NCBI GenBank assembly: GCA_030264375.1
Contig: JASCQW010000119.1
Coordinates: 11,007,896 to 11,071,895 of the forward strand
Length of the DNA stretch: 64,000 nt
Direction: 5' to 3'
Origin: Carcharhinus longimanus
Taxonomy: Eukaryota
Shown: piece by piece, positions 13,521 through 25,945 of the stretch
How the letters are laid out: each line of letters opens with the position of its first letter
Numbering within the stretch: position 1 is the stretch's first letter
Position numbers and translations under genes: made by a program
The notes under the pieces: model-generated
Seen by the model: the letters and a program-made list of their open reading frames with translations, nothing else
Databases searched by the model: none
Told to the model about the DNA's origin: nothing

Positions 13521-14879
13521 CTACAGTGCTAGTATTCCTCCGATAGAATTGTCCCAATCACATGGAGGAACTGCATAAATATACATTCATTTTCACTCAG
13601 CAGGCAATATTTTGCCTTCAACTGATTATGTTGCATTCATTGTTCACTGTGCGCTCACCTCCCGATTGGAAGGATGAAATTAAAAGTTGGTGACAGTTTT
13701 GCTGACAACTTAATCCAATCTTCAGGTGCCTTTATCTTTGGTGAGCTGTTATGTGAAAGGTCCAGTCCCTTTTAATCTGACCTGTCCGTTCTCGTTCCGT
13801 TGAGGATTCTAATGAATCTCAACAAAGGCTTCCGAAAGTAAGCAACACGATTACACTAACAATGGAAACCACGTTGTTATCTCACATTCAATCAACGACT
13901 TCAGATTTTCCCTCTTTTTTGGCAAGGCGCCATTGGCATTGTTTTTTTCAGATAATGTTATGTCATCTGTTGCCTCATTGCAGTTCCGTTTTGCTGTGGA
14001 GTAACAGATTTCGATGACCTATGCGTCAGATCTGCCATAGACGATACCTGTTGTTCTCCCCGCTCCCCTTCCTTAATTTCACAGCTTTCAAAACACGCGG
14101 AATTGCATCTGAAAAATAAGGAATAAATTGACTACTTAGCATCAACAATCTACTCGACCACTCATTCTTTAATCAAGCATCCATCGTTTTCTCTAATGCA
14201 AATCGATTGATGTAAGCATCTTCTCAGTGGTCTAATGGATGCCTCTATCTTACAGTTGCTTGCAATAATATTGCCTGTTTCCACAAAACTTGCAGTTGCG
14301 AGTTATGCATTACCACCATTCATTCAGCAAAAAGATTGATCTCGAATTTCAACTTGATTTTTTAGGAGAACCTTACAGTCACTGATCCTCAGCTTTAGTA
14401 AACATTTTCAATATAGCCAATAAATCAATTTTTTTGAAAACTTTAAATGTATACTTGAAGTCATTACTTGAAGTTATTTTAGAGGAGAGGAAAACACCTC
14501 ACATTTTCATTTCTCGTTTGAGGAGCACAACAAACCTCCACTACTGAAGTCATCACTTTGTGGCCCTTGCAGAACTCGATTACCATAGAAATACTATCGC
14601 TGCAACAGCAGGACGGAGGCCAGAATCATGTCCTGACTGGATCGTCTCTCCTCTACTAAAGGCCTGTCCACGAAATAGTAGGCACAGTTTAGGATTGTTT
14701 CTCCCTTAACCTAGGTGAATGCTGCTCCAAAAATACTCAGAAGAAAGAAGATCACAAACATTCATTCACTGGACTACTGACACACAGTCGCAGCAATAGG
14801 TTCATACTCTGCAAGATATTCTGCAGAAATGCAAAAAGGCACGATAGACATCACTTTCCAAAATCAAAAGACTGACCCG

Positions 14880-16160
14880 GCCATCCCTTATTTCCTTTGA
14901 CTCAATTCAGCTCAACAACATCTACCCCCTTCTCGAAAATGTCAAATGCTTTTGCCTCAACTGCTTTCCATGGTAACGAATTCCACAGTTTCACCATTCC
15001 CTGGATGAAGGAAGTTCTCCCCAACTGAAACGTAAAATGTTTAACTCATATACTAAAAAACAATCTTTGGTTATGGAAGCCTCTACACCAAGTACAGCCT
15101 TCCTGCTTCTAGCCCTGTCTAGTCCTGGTGCGTTGTAAGTTTTCTACGAAGTCCCGCCTAATTCATCTGAATTTAATTTAATATAATCAAAACTGACATC
15201 AACTCCCCACATCAGCTGCTTCCGCTGTCACAGGACCCAGTTTGGTAAAACTATCTTAAATTACAAGAACATTCTCCTTTAGGTAAAGGACACAACGACT
15301 ACACACAGTATTGCAGGGGTTGCCTTAACAAGGCTCTGTATAATTGCAGCAAGATATCCCTGCCACTCTACTCGAAACCTCTTGCTATAAATGCCAAAAT
15401 ACCATTGACTTAATTACTGCAAGCTGAACCTGCATACTTACCTCTATCGACTAGTGTACGAGGAGAGACAGGTCTGGCTGCACATTCTCTATGTTAATTT
15501 ATAGTGATTCAATTAACAATCTGTCTTACTTTAATTCCTAATCAGATTGGATAATCTCAAATTTATCTGCATTGTACTGCATCTGCATGTATTTTTCCAG
15601 TCACTCAGCTCGTCCAAATCAAACTGAAGCATCTCGCCACCTTCCTAACAGCTCAACCTCCCACACGCCATCCCCTGCCACCCTCTTAAAAGTACCTAGT
15701 TGTGTTTCATCTGCCAATTTAGAGATATTACATTTAGTTCCTGATCTAAATCATTGATATACATTGTGAATAGCAGGGATCAAAACACAGTTGCCAGTGG
15801 CACTGCACTAGCCTCTGCTTGTAATAGGAAAAGGACCAGTTTATCCCTACTGTTTGCTTCCATTCTGCCAAAAAGTTTTCTAACCATCTTACTTCAGCGT
15901 CCCAATCCTATGCCATTTAACTTTACAGTCTAATCTCTTTTGTAGAACTTACTAAAAAGCCTGCTGGAAATCCAGATGAATCATATCCATTGCAAGGTCT
16001 GCCCTCAACCCCAACCTTCAGCTCGACTAGTTACATCCTCGAAGAATTCCAGTAGCTTTATGAATCATGATATCCCTTTCATAAAACCGCACGGACTCTC
16101 TCCCATTCGAACATTGTTTACAATCTGTGACAATGAACTTTAATTTTTTTCCCACTACTT
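14880..16160 (-). mobile_element. Decayed CR1 LINE, 3' half
   Basis: Reverse complement shows CR1 RT/C-terminal remnants (gtttcatctgccaattt = KLADET; gaattccacag = LWNS). Confidence 0.7.
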
Positions 16161-16177
16161 ATATCGGACAAGAAGTT

Positions 16178-16430
16178 GGGGCGACATGGTGGCACAGTGG
16201 TTAGCACTTCTGCCTCACTGCGCCAGGGATGGCTGACTGTGTGGAGTTTCTCCATTCTCTAAGTTTCCGTATAGGTCTCGTGCTGGAACTCCGGTTACCT
16301 GCCACAGTCCAAAAATGCGCAGGTTAACTGACTTGATCATGGTAAATGCCACTGAGTCGAGCAAAATGCGCATGATTACGAGAAGACACCCTGGGTCAGA
16401 TACTCTGCCAAGTAGTCGGTTTCTATGACT
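16178..16430 (+). mobile_element. HE1-related SINE, internally deleted
   Basis: gggcgacatggtggcacagtggttagcacttctgcctcac head. Confidence 0.7.
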
Positions 16431-17430
16431 GGTCACACTTCATTCCCTTTTCGATGAAGGTCAATTAAACAACTTCTCAAGCATATACCTAACAATGTAT
16501 AACGGGACATCAAGAGAAGTACGACCATTGAAAAAAAATGGATGTTGTGGGTAGCTTAAAAGCAATGAATTGTGAATATTCTCAGAGCATGAGAAAGGTG
16601 TAGAAGGCACGCTAGATCAGAATGGGAAATGACAAGAATAACAGTAAGCTTCATATTCCCTGTCCATGACAAAAACGTTTTTGTAAATTACGGATCGGCT
16701 CATGGGAACATATTACTAATATCATGTCATTTGCCTTTATAACCTAATCGCCATGTAAAGTATTGCGCCTGCTATTGTCAAAGTGTAAAGGATAACGAAG
16801 GTCATATTATTTTGTAACTATGCATTTTCAATCTCAATCTTGAACATTTCAGATAACCAATGCTGATAGCGGAATTCCTGTAGCGAGTTGCAATATTCAG
16901 TGAATCTATCTAAAAATAACGTGTCGGGTGACCACATCTAAGATGCTGGCAATAAATGTTAGCTTACCTATATGTTATAATCACTCGCAACAAACAAATA
17001 TTTTCTCAGTATATCCACAAGACTTTGATAATCTAGCACCAGAGTTTGTTCAGGCCTTAACCCATTATGTTGAGTGAATTTTAACTGTAGTCTTAAAGCC
17101 TTGGCCTCATAATCCATCCCGTTTATATTGATGCTAATATGGTGCATCATATGTTTGAGCCCTCAAATCGAAAAAAATTCTGACGAATGTGGCCACAGTT
17201 GTCCGATTATTCCATTTCTGATCTACCAGCAATGACGCTGTTACATCCTTGTCTTTTTTGTTCCACAGTCCCGACTCAAACTGAGTTAAGAACCACATGG
17301 CTTGTGTTGCTTGCTGGACATCCTGTTGCCCTGCGTCAGATTAATGTCTCTTTGGATTAAACTTGAGATTGTGAGAAACATGTACAAGACATACATCTGG
17401 TAAGTTATGTGCAACGTTCGTTTTGTCCAG

Positions 17431-17466
17431 AACTGCAAGAAACAAACAAAAGTCTAGATGAAACAG
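17431..17466 (+). CDS. 36-nt microexon, (E)LQETNKSLDET
   Basis: ttcgttttgtccag|AACTGCAA...GAAACAG|gtacct. Confidence 0.85.
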
Positions 17467-18019
17467 GTACCTAAATGAAAAAAAATAGTTAACGGTGAAG
17501 ACTTTCTTTGTCTTTACATACACTTAGGCTTTATATCAGATGGTCATTTTGTTTTTGAAATAGACGTCATAGGTGGATAAATTGCTGTGTCTGCTCTCTC
17601 TTTATTCTTTGGGAAGTGTGTACATTTTGTACTAGACCTACGTTCTTGCGGGATAATCAATCATGATCTATAAGCAAATATTCCAACTTCCTGTGAAAGT
17701 TAGTTTTAATGTGTGAGGAATGACAATTTCAGATGTTAATTTAACGATTCAACGCACACCCTTGCTTTGAAGTAAATCCTCAACCGTCCTTTGAATATTT
17801 CAAATGGTCTGTCCCCATGTTATCTACCTCTGACAATCGCCAATGTGGAAGCAGTGCCTCATTTTCTACTTCCTCAAAAATATTTCGTTATTTTGCCACT
17901 GAAAGAAATATTTTAAGCTAACCTTTTCTTTACAATATGGACTGTGATTCCTTTCGTACAAGGGGTTTGAAAGCAGCAGAGTTCGTCCACTGTGTCCAAG
18001 AGAGTACTTATTGAGTCAA

Positions 18020-20170
18020 TATGCAGATATTCCAACACGGTAAGGGGTTATCTTAAGAACCTGTTTTGGGGAATGTGGGAGCATTTTTGGACGAGTAATC
18101 ACAATTCTGTGAGATTCAAAATACTTATAGAAAAGGATAGAAGTATTCCCAGACTGAAAGTAGTAAACAGGGAGAAAGCAAACTGTAACAGTATTAGGAA
18201 AGAACTAAAGAATCGAGACTGGAGGCTGCTGCTTGAGGGTAAATCCACCTTCAATAGGTTGGAGTCTTTTGGAAGGCATATGGTAACAATTCAGAACAAG
18301 TATGGCCCTGTAAAAAAAAGGATAAAGATGGCACAATTTAGGAACTGTAGATGACAAGACGGATTGTGAGCTTTATGAAAAAGAAAAAGGGAGGCATACA
18401 TGAATGTAAGGAAATTGAAAACGGAAAACCCTCTTGAAGAATGTAAAGTTGGCAGGAAACAGTCTAACTATGGGCGTAAGAGGGCTAAAGTCAGTGATGA
18501 AATGTCGTTGGCAGGCAGAGATAAGGAGGATTCCAAGGCTTTTCATTTGTGTTTAAGAAAGAAGAGGGTAACTAATGAAAAGATGGTTCAACTCAAGGAC
18601 AGTGGAGGGAATCTGAGTGTGGAGCCAGGTGAGGTGGGTTAGATCATTAATGATTACTTCGCATCAGTATTCAGAAAGGAGAAGGATGTAGTGGATGGTG
18701 AGTGTAGGAAGGAAGATGTTGATGTTCTAGGACATAGTGGAATTAAATGGGTACTGGAGGTTTTGAAAAACATTAAGGTGGCCCCTAGGGCCAGATAGGG
18801 TCTATCACAGAAAACTGAGAGAGTTGAGGACGAAATTGTTGAGGCCTTGGTCAACGTGTTCACATCCTCTTTAGCAACGGGCGAGATACCAGAAGACTGG
18901 AAACTGGCAAATAGTGTTCCTCTATTTAGGAATGGCAGAAGAGACAATCCGGAAAATTACAGTCCCGAGACCCTTATATCAGTGATGGGGATTTGTTTTT
19001 TTGGAGAGTTTTTAGGGGAATGATGTTCTCACATCTGAAAGAAAGTAGTCATATTAGCAATAGGCAGGGTGGTTTTGTGATTGGGAAGCTGTGCCTCACA
19101 AACCTGACTGAGTTATTTTAGAAAGTGACAAAAAAATGACCAGCGTAGGGCAGTGGATTGTGTATACATGGACTTCAGTAAAGCCTTCGATAAGGTTCCT
19201 CATAGCAGGCTGATACAGCAGGTGAAGTCATATGGGATCAGAGGTAATCAGCTAAAAGGGACACAAAACTGGTAGCAGAGAGTGACAGTAGAAATGTACT
19301 TTTCTAACTGGAGGTCGGATTAGTAGATATGCAGATGACACAAAAATTCGTGGAGTAGTGGATAGTGAGAATATAATCGGCTGTAGACCTGGGCCAAAAG
19401 ACGGCAGATTGAACTTAACCTGGACAAATGCGGGATGATGTAATTTGGAAGGTTGACTGCAGAAGGAAGGCATACAGTAATTCATAGAGGCCTCGGAAAT
19501 ATTAGCATACAGAGAGATCTAGGCGTAAAGTTCCTTNNNNNNNNNNAAGGTGACAACTCAGATGGACGAGGTGTTCAAGGTTAATAACATGCTGGCATTC
19601 ACCAGCCGGGGCACTGAGTATATGATTTGGAAAATCTTGTTAGAGTTGAATAAGACTTTGGTTCGGCCACATTTGGACTATTGTGTGCAATCCTTGTCGT
19701 CATACTATCAAAAGAATTCCAATGCATTGGAAAAGGTGCAGAAGAGATATATGAGGAAGTTACCTAGTTTGGAAGATATGGTCTCTGATGAAAAGTTGAA
19801 CAAACATTTATTGTTTCATTTGATTGACGGAGGGAGGGAGTCCAGATACAGGTTTACAACATTATGACAGCCTTGGATAGAGTGGATAGTCAGAGTCTAT
19901 TTCCGGGCATCTAAGGTTCAGTAATTCGGGGGTATACATTGAAAGTGAAAGGGGGAAAGCTTGAAAGTGATGTAAGGGGTAAGTTTTTTTCAGACAGAAT
20001 GTGGGGAATTCCTGGAATGCATTTTCGAAGGAGATTCTATAAAACCGATCAAGAGGCATCTGGATAAATAAATGAATAGGCAGGGAATAGAGGGGTATGC
20101 ACCGCTGAGAGGTAAATAAGTATTAGATTAGAAAGGTATATGTGTGGGCACAGACTGTGCTGTTCTTAGT
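18020..20170 (+). mobile_element. Decayed CR1 LINE ORF2 (about 2.1 kb) with 3' end
   Basis: PEDWKLAN, YMDFSKAFDKVPH, YADDTK, KTLVRPHLDYCVQ and LEKVQKR motifs, broken by stops and frameshifts. Confidence 0.9.
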
Positions 20171-20389
20171 TCAGCTCATTGTTGGAAAGGCAGCGTAGAT
20201 TGCGTAGATATTATACATGACTGTACCTATCATTGAGGCGACTTCTGCAAATTAATGTTGCATCCTCTCCAACGAATAGTGCAAAGTGAAAACAAAATGA
20301 AATATTTGGAGACGTTTGATATACTGTTTGGCCCTGTATTTGTTCTTTTTCACGTTTTTGAATGTGCTCGAGGGGAGTCATTATGCTAA

Positions 20390-20605
20390 TAGTAAGTTAC
20401 TGCAGATGCAAGAATCTGAAACAAAAACAGAAAATGCTGTAAGATCTCAGCAGGCATCTCTTTTCGACAAGATCTCAGCTGGTCTGACAGTATCTTTTCA
20501 GAAAGAAGGCAGCTGACTTTCGAGCTTGGGTTACCCACTCAAAATGTTCTCTCGCCATAGATGCTGCCAGCCTTGTTGAGATTTCCCACCATTTTCCATT
20601 TTGCT
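20390..20605. repeat. Palindromic element of Penelope terminal-repeat type
   Basis: aaatgctgtaagatctcagcagg ... ccttgttgagatttcccaccattt inverted arms; same family as 25688 and 52664. Confidence 0.65.
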
Positions 20606-20904
20606 GTGTGTGCCTTTGTTCTATTGGTAGAATTGTCATTAACCAATTTCAAACTGTTTAGCACAAAAACTGTTAAGAAGACTTCAACAAAAACATCTGT
20701 GTTGTCCCTGAAGTAAGAGAAAATTATGCACTGCTGGAGATCAGCTTCTCATGAAAAATTATTCCAAATTCACACGCTAAGCTGGACATAAAACATCCAA
20801 TGTGACTTATGCAAAGAAGGATAAGGGATTTAGTTATACATGATATATTCAGAAAAGATATCTGTGAAGCAACGTGACAAAATGAAACAGATTATTTTAT
20901 CAAT

Positions 20905-21260
20905 ACCGGTTCCTTATTTTGAGCTGGCTGTTTGCCCAATTTTAAATGGAATTGCGCTCGTTTTCTAGCTCCAAAACATGGTAAAGTCGGGTGTGACATG
21001 AGTAAAGTGATTTGCGATCACCTCCGTGCCAGTTCCACCTTTACCAAGGCCTGCAAATGGCCACAATCTGGACCACGCCCAAAACGGTCGGGACTGATCT
21101 TTAGATGCGTTTTGATGCATTTCAATAGAACTAATGGCTGCACACCCAACTTTACTGGCACTTCCCCCTTTACCACCACGTTTGCCAATCCAGAATTGGC
21201 GCGATGTAGACATGCTCCATAAAAGTCCTTTTCAGGCGTCCCAACAGTAAGAGTCAATGG
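20905..21260. mobile_element. Probable non-autonomous DNA transposon fragment
   Basis: Abrupt GC/CpG-richer segment with no credible ORF; family not determined. Confidence 0.35.
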
Positions 21261-21669
21261 AGTAGTACGTGCCTGGCTTCCAAGGGCTCTCTGCTGCTCA
21301 TAGGGGTGCTTTCATCGTCGCCATTTTGTTTCTTGGGTCATGGGGCACTGCGGGTGTGTGTGTGAGGAGCTAGGGGGAGCAGCTGTTGCTCAGCAGGGTG
21401 ACCAATGTCCGATTTGCAGCTGGGCCCCCGTCTCAGCTCTGACGTCGGGTCTTGTGGATGCTTCTGGGTCCATGTGCATTCAGCACTCTTCCAACTGAAG
21501 GATGTTTACAAAACCCTTGCAAATTGGACTGCTACAGCCTTTGAACTTTCGAGAAGCTATGATTCTTTAGAGTATGTGGATAGGGGAATGGGGTGTCTGT
21601 CATTCTAGGGAACATGTCGGTGGGTTAATAAGGGAGTATAAGGTTCTGGGGAGCATATAGGTCGTGGAA

Positions 21670-22431
21670 TGTGGTGTGGTAATATAATCAGGGCCAAGGT
21701 TTAATGTTTATTAAATTGGATATCCTAAATTAAAGAATTGGGCATATTAAAATCAAACACTGTCAAACCTTGGGCAGGTCAATTGTAAAAATACACAAAC
21801 ATGTCTGGGTCTCGCCCATCAAAGATCATTGTACTCTAGTGAGACCCAACAGGAGATCATTGCACCTTATTGAAATGCATTGGCCCATTGTTAGAAGCCA
21901 GATCAGGCCAGACTTTCTGTCACCTAGAATTCCTGCAGTTACCTTATCTGATAACAGGTTACATGTAAGCAACAGAATAGAGTTGGACACCAGGGGTGTT
22001 GACATCAAGAAACCCATTGGGTATTGGAACCCCCTTCTGGGTCTTTAATGGCCGGAAGCCAGAGAAATTTCTGGAAAGGCAAGCCGGCAGGGGGATAAAG
22101 ATACACATTTCAGACACACCATCAGTGAAGACTCGACGAGGGAGGCGAATTTGACCATCTGGAAGATTGACCAGAGAAGAAAGGAAGGAGCTACCATCGA
22201 GACTCATCGTCGTGACGACGGATCTGAGGGACTCAGACAATTAGGCCTTAGGTTAATCGAACCATCTTTGTGGGTAGTATACTTGAATCTGGGTACCCCC
22301 TTGTTTTATGTGGGTAATTTGGGGTTAATAGTGTTATTATCAATAAACTTATTGAGCCTTTAATACTGTTTGTCCTTTGTCCATCTTGCAACTAAGAGCA
22401 CCAGAGTAAAACCTTGGAGTAAGCAAACTGG
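21670..22431 (+). mobile_element. Probable LTR (solo, or truncated by the gap)
   Basis: Begins TGT; TATA-like gggataaag near 22092; AATAAA near 22342; runs into the N gap. Confidence 0.5.
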
Positions 22432-22555
22432 NNNNNNNNNNNNNNNNNNNNNNNNNNNNNNNNNNNNNNNNNNNNNNNNNNNNNNNNNNNNNNNNNNNNN
22501 NNNNNNNNNNNNNNNNNNNNNNNNNNNNNNNAGTACATATTCAAATATAACGGTA

Positions 22556-22790
22556 GGGACACAGACAAATAGGCGGGGAGGGGGGGAGGTGGAGGCAGGT
22601 ACACAGACAGAAAGAGCGACATATAGGCAGGTAGGTAGTCAGGAAGACAGGAAGGCAGACAGACACAGATAGATAGGTAGATAAACAGACAGACGGACAG
22701 ATAGCTAGATAAATAGATAGATAAATGGATGGAACGATGGATACATAAGATGATTCATTATGATTGATTGAATGAATGCTTGAATGATCA
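22556..22790. repeat. Compound GACA/GATA/GGAT/GAAT microsatellite
   Basis: Degenerate tetranucleotide runs. Confidence 0.8.
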
Positions 22791-23978
22791 AAAAAATCCA
22801 TGATACTTGTTTCCTTATCAGTCACTCCTGACTTTCAATAACTTTTGATCAATTTTTTGCACGATATACAAACCAACAATAGTATGGTTATAGGTTTTAA
22901 GGTTCCCTTAAAGATTACTGTCTAATCAGACTAACTGATGACATCATGTGTGGGCCAGTTCATCTCTGCCAGATAGTGAATAAACCCTACTCAGGACATA
23001 TGCTAAGTGTGCAATATATTCCTTCCAACCGAAACTTTATTCATAAATATTTCATATTTCAAATGTTCAAATAATTTCCCGAAATGTGTCTTCATCCTTT
23101 TTTTTTACTGTGATTACGTAGCAATTAACTGTTTTTGGCCAAAGCGAATCCTTATAATCAATAATAATACTTTCTAAATATCAGTACATGCATCTTCCAA
23201 TCATAATCACTCGTTGGATGAAGTATTACATCTCATGTGCGTCAATTGCTTCTTGTAGGCTCATAAGCGCATTTTAAAATCATTTTACTGAATGTTGCCA
23301 GTTCTGTCAGTGCCGTAATTTCTAATGTTTTAAATTCTTAACACTCTTTTAGGGATTCTATTTACAACATCAGCATTTAAAAGACCACTTATTATGTATG
23401 TTTTGTTCAGCCATGCAACTTGAAATCTATAATCACTGAACCTCCCTCATTCTTCAAACAATCGCACGCTTTTTCCATTGTCCCTTCTCATAACTACCTA
23501 TTATTTTGGTCGTGAAAAGAACGAGGCATTTGCATCTCTAACTCTATCCATATCTGCAAAATGTCCATTTACATAAAAATATGGATTTCACCGTCAACTC
23601 ATTTTATCTGAGTTGCTGCAGATTGCCACTTCACATCAATCTGCTTGATTCTAGCAGACAGCGTGCAAACTCCCACATGTTTCATTCCGGGGCCGATTTC
23701 AAAGCTTAAGGAAATTTCAGTGATCACTGAAAACGAGCACCTGAGTGTTGGGTCCCAATGCAGGCAGTTTTCCTTCAAGAGAAATTAAGTTAAACATTTG
23801 TAACATTCTATCATTGAGTGCAAAATCACACCCCGGTGCCTTCTTGTGATTCACAGGTTTGCACATTGATGCAAGTCTTGGGTATAATTCTTTTGGATCC
23901 ACCCACAATTTTGGGATCTGTTGTAATTTCACCAACAATTTGAAAATTTATGAAGGATTCTATTTTCTTTCATTACAG

Positions 23979-24014
23979 AATGCTCTGCCTTGAAAGACGC
24001 ACTTACTGAAAAGA
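23979..24014 (+). CDS. 36-nt microexon, (E)CSALKDALTEK
   Basis: ttttctttcattacag|AATGCTCT...GAAAAGA|gtgagc. Confidence 0.85.
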
Positions 24015-24237
24015 GTGAGCACCCAGAGAATACCGTGTGAAAATGCATAACTATAATTGACATCAATTCAGTGCAAAATACTCTGCAGTAGTTGTATGCA
24101 ATTCCTTATCATAGAAATTTTAACACAATTAATTATTTAGACTACTGTTGATCAACTGAATAAAACCTTCGAATTTGACCAAAAATCAATCATTCAATTG
24201 CTATAATAATTGCTGTTGACCTTTCCTCCTCGGCCAG

Positions 24238-24264
24238 ATAATGCCTTGTCTCAAAAAGAAAAAG
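24238..24264 (+). CDS. 27-nt microexon, (N)NALSQKEK
   Basis: cctttcctcctcggccag|ATAATGCC...GAAAAAG|gtagga. Confidence 0.87.
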
Positions 24265-25654
24265 GTAGGAGTGGCACGACATATCAGCGATTGTTACTCT
24301 GTATCTACTGTTGTAGTTCTATTAATGATACGCTCTCTCTGTTTCTGTTATGTCATGTTTTATGATCCATGTAATAATTTCTTTATTATTGGCTTTCTTT
24401 ATGTTTGCTTCTGAACAATTGTTGCTGTACATATTTACAATTGTTTTATCTGCGCAAGCTTAATTTATTTTTGTCTTTCGCAGTTGTATCTGTTGTACCA
24501 TCAGTTGAATTCCCTGTGCTGTCCCTGAAATAATGAGCAACTCGGATGATTTTGCAACATCATTCACAAAATATTTCGTAGTGTGCTCTCTGAATAATTT
24601 GATAGTAAATTCTATCCAAGAGCCAACCAAGGAACAGTAGAAACTATGCAAGACTGGGTTATGCAGATCACAATATGATTGAATTTCAAATAGTTTGAAG
24701 TAAGGCATTGCCCATCAAAGTTTAGAATTTTAATTCTGAAAGAGGACACAGCTGAGGACAAGAACGTACGAGTAGCTACAGTGACTTATCAAACATTTTA
24801 AGGAATAGACAAGCAAAGATGCAACTGCAGACATTTTAAGATATACTACAGAAAACTGAAAGCAGGTATATCAGCATAAAATAAAATAATCAAAGCTGCA
24901 GAAGCGAGAATGCCGTGTGATATTAAAAATAGTGATCATAATGGTCGAACGTTTAAGGCACAGACAAGGGGATGCTGTTTTCTACGGCATGGAAGTTAAC
25001 CTTTAGGTCTCCTTCCTTCTAAGAAAGACAATTAAATTAGAGGACTTGAAGATTTTTAAGGCATGGTGAATAATTAGTTGGTGTTTTTGAAGGTTAAAGT
25101 CAGATTAGAAATAACCTAAGTGTCGCGACAGCCTCTAGCAGCTGGGTGAACTGCTGGTGATCCTAATTCGCATGTTCATATATGCGGAAGCACAAATAAG
25201 TAAATGCTTTAAACCGATTTGTGCTTATACAAAGGTACATTTGCATATACATATTCTAATAAGAGAATACACAGGGCCAAATCTGCACAGACAAACAGAT
25301 AGCTAAATTTCCCATTAGGACATATAGAGAATCATAAAACAATAGACAAAACCCCCTGATAAAGTTAGGTCGATGGGTGAATGGCTGGATGGGTAGACAG
25401 ACGGACGGATAAGTAGACCATCTATAGTGTCGATTATGTATAAATCTAGAGCTCCATAACAAGGTATTGAACAAATTAAAGAGTCCGTCTTGAACTGCGA
25501 ATTCTGAACTTAGTTTGACGTCCCGGTGATGGGAATATGACCAGGGTGAGCTGTCAGCATTCGTCCAATTTAATAAATGGTGTACACGCAAACTCACGTT
25601 CAATAGAGTATAAGATAAATATTCTTAACTATTGATTGAACACAATTATTTTAG

Positions 25655-25681
25655 AACTCAAGAGATGTGCTGAACAAGGCT
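25655..25681 (+). CDS. 27-nt microexon, (E)LKRCAEQG
   Basis: aattattttag|AACTCAAG...AAGGCT|gtaagt. Confidence 0.85.
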
Positions 25682-25687
25682 GTAAGT

Positions 25688-25945
25688 AATAAAGTATCAG
25701 TTTATTGTATCCTTGCTTTAACCAAAAGAAAAAAAATGCGGGAAAGTCTGAGCAGGCCTGACAGCATCTGTAAGGAGAGAAAACAGCTGACTTTTCGAGT
25801 CCAGATATCCCTTCAGCTTTGACGAATTGTCATCTGACTCAAACTTCAGCTATTTTCTCTTCTTACAGTGGGTGCCAGATCTGCTGAGATTTTCCATCAT
25901 TTTCTCGTTTGGTTTCAGATTCTAGCTGTAATTTGCTTTTATTAT
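25688..25945. repeat. About 250-bp palindromic element (two inverted Penelope-type terminal repeats)
   Basis: Left arm gcaggcctgacagcatctgtaaggagagaaaacagctga...gagtccagat versus right arm atctgactc...tcagctattttctcttcttacag...gccagatctgc. Confidence 0.8.

Noticed and set aside
17269-17399. 131-nt AG...gtaagt segment with hydrophobic stretches (WLVLLA), a possible transmembrane exon
   Set aside because: Stops in the frames tested, length not a multiple of 3, and only 31 nt from the next exon.
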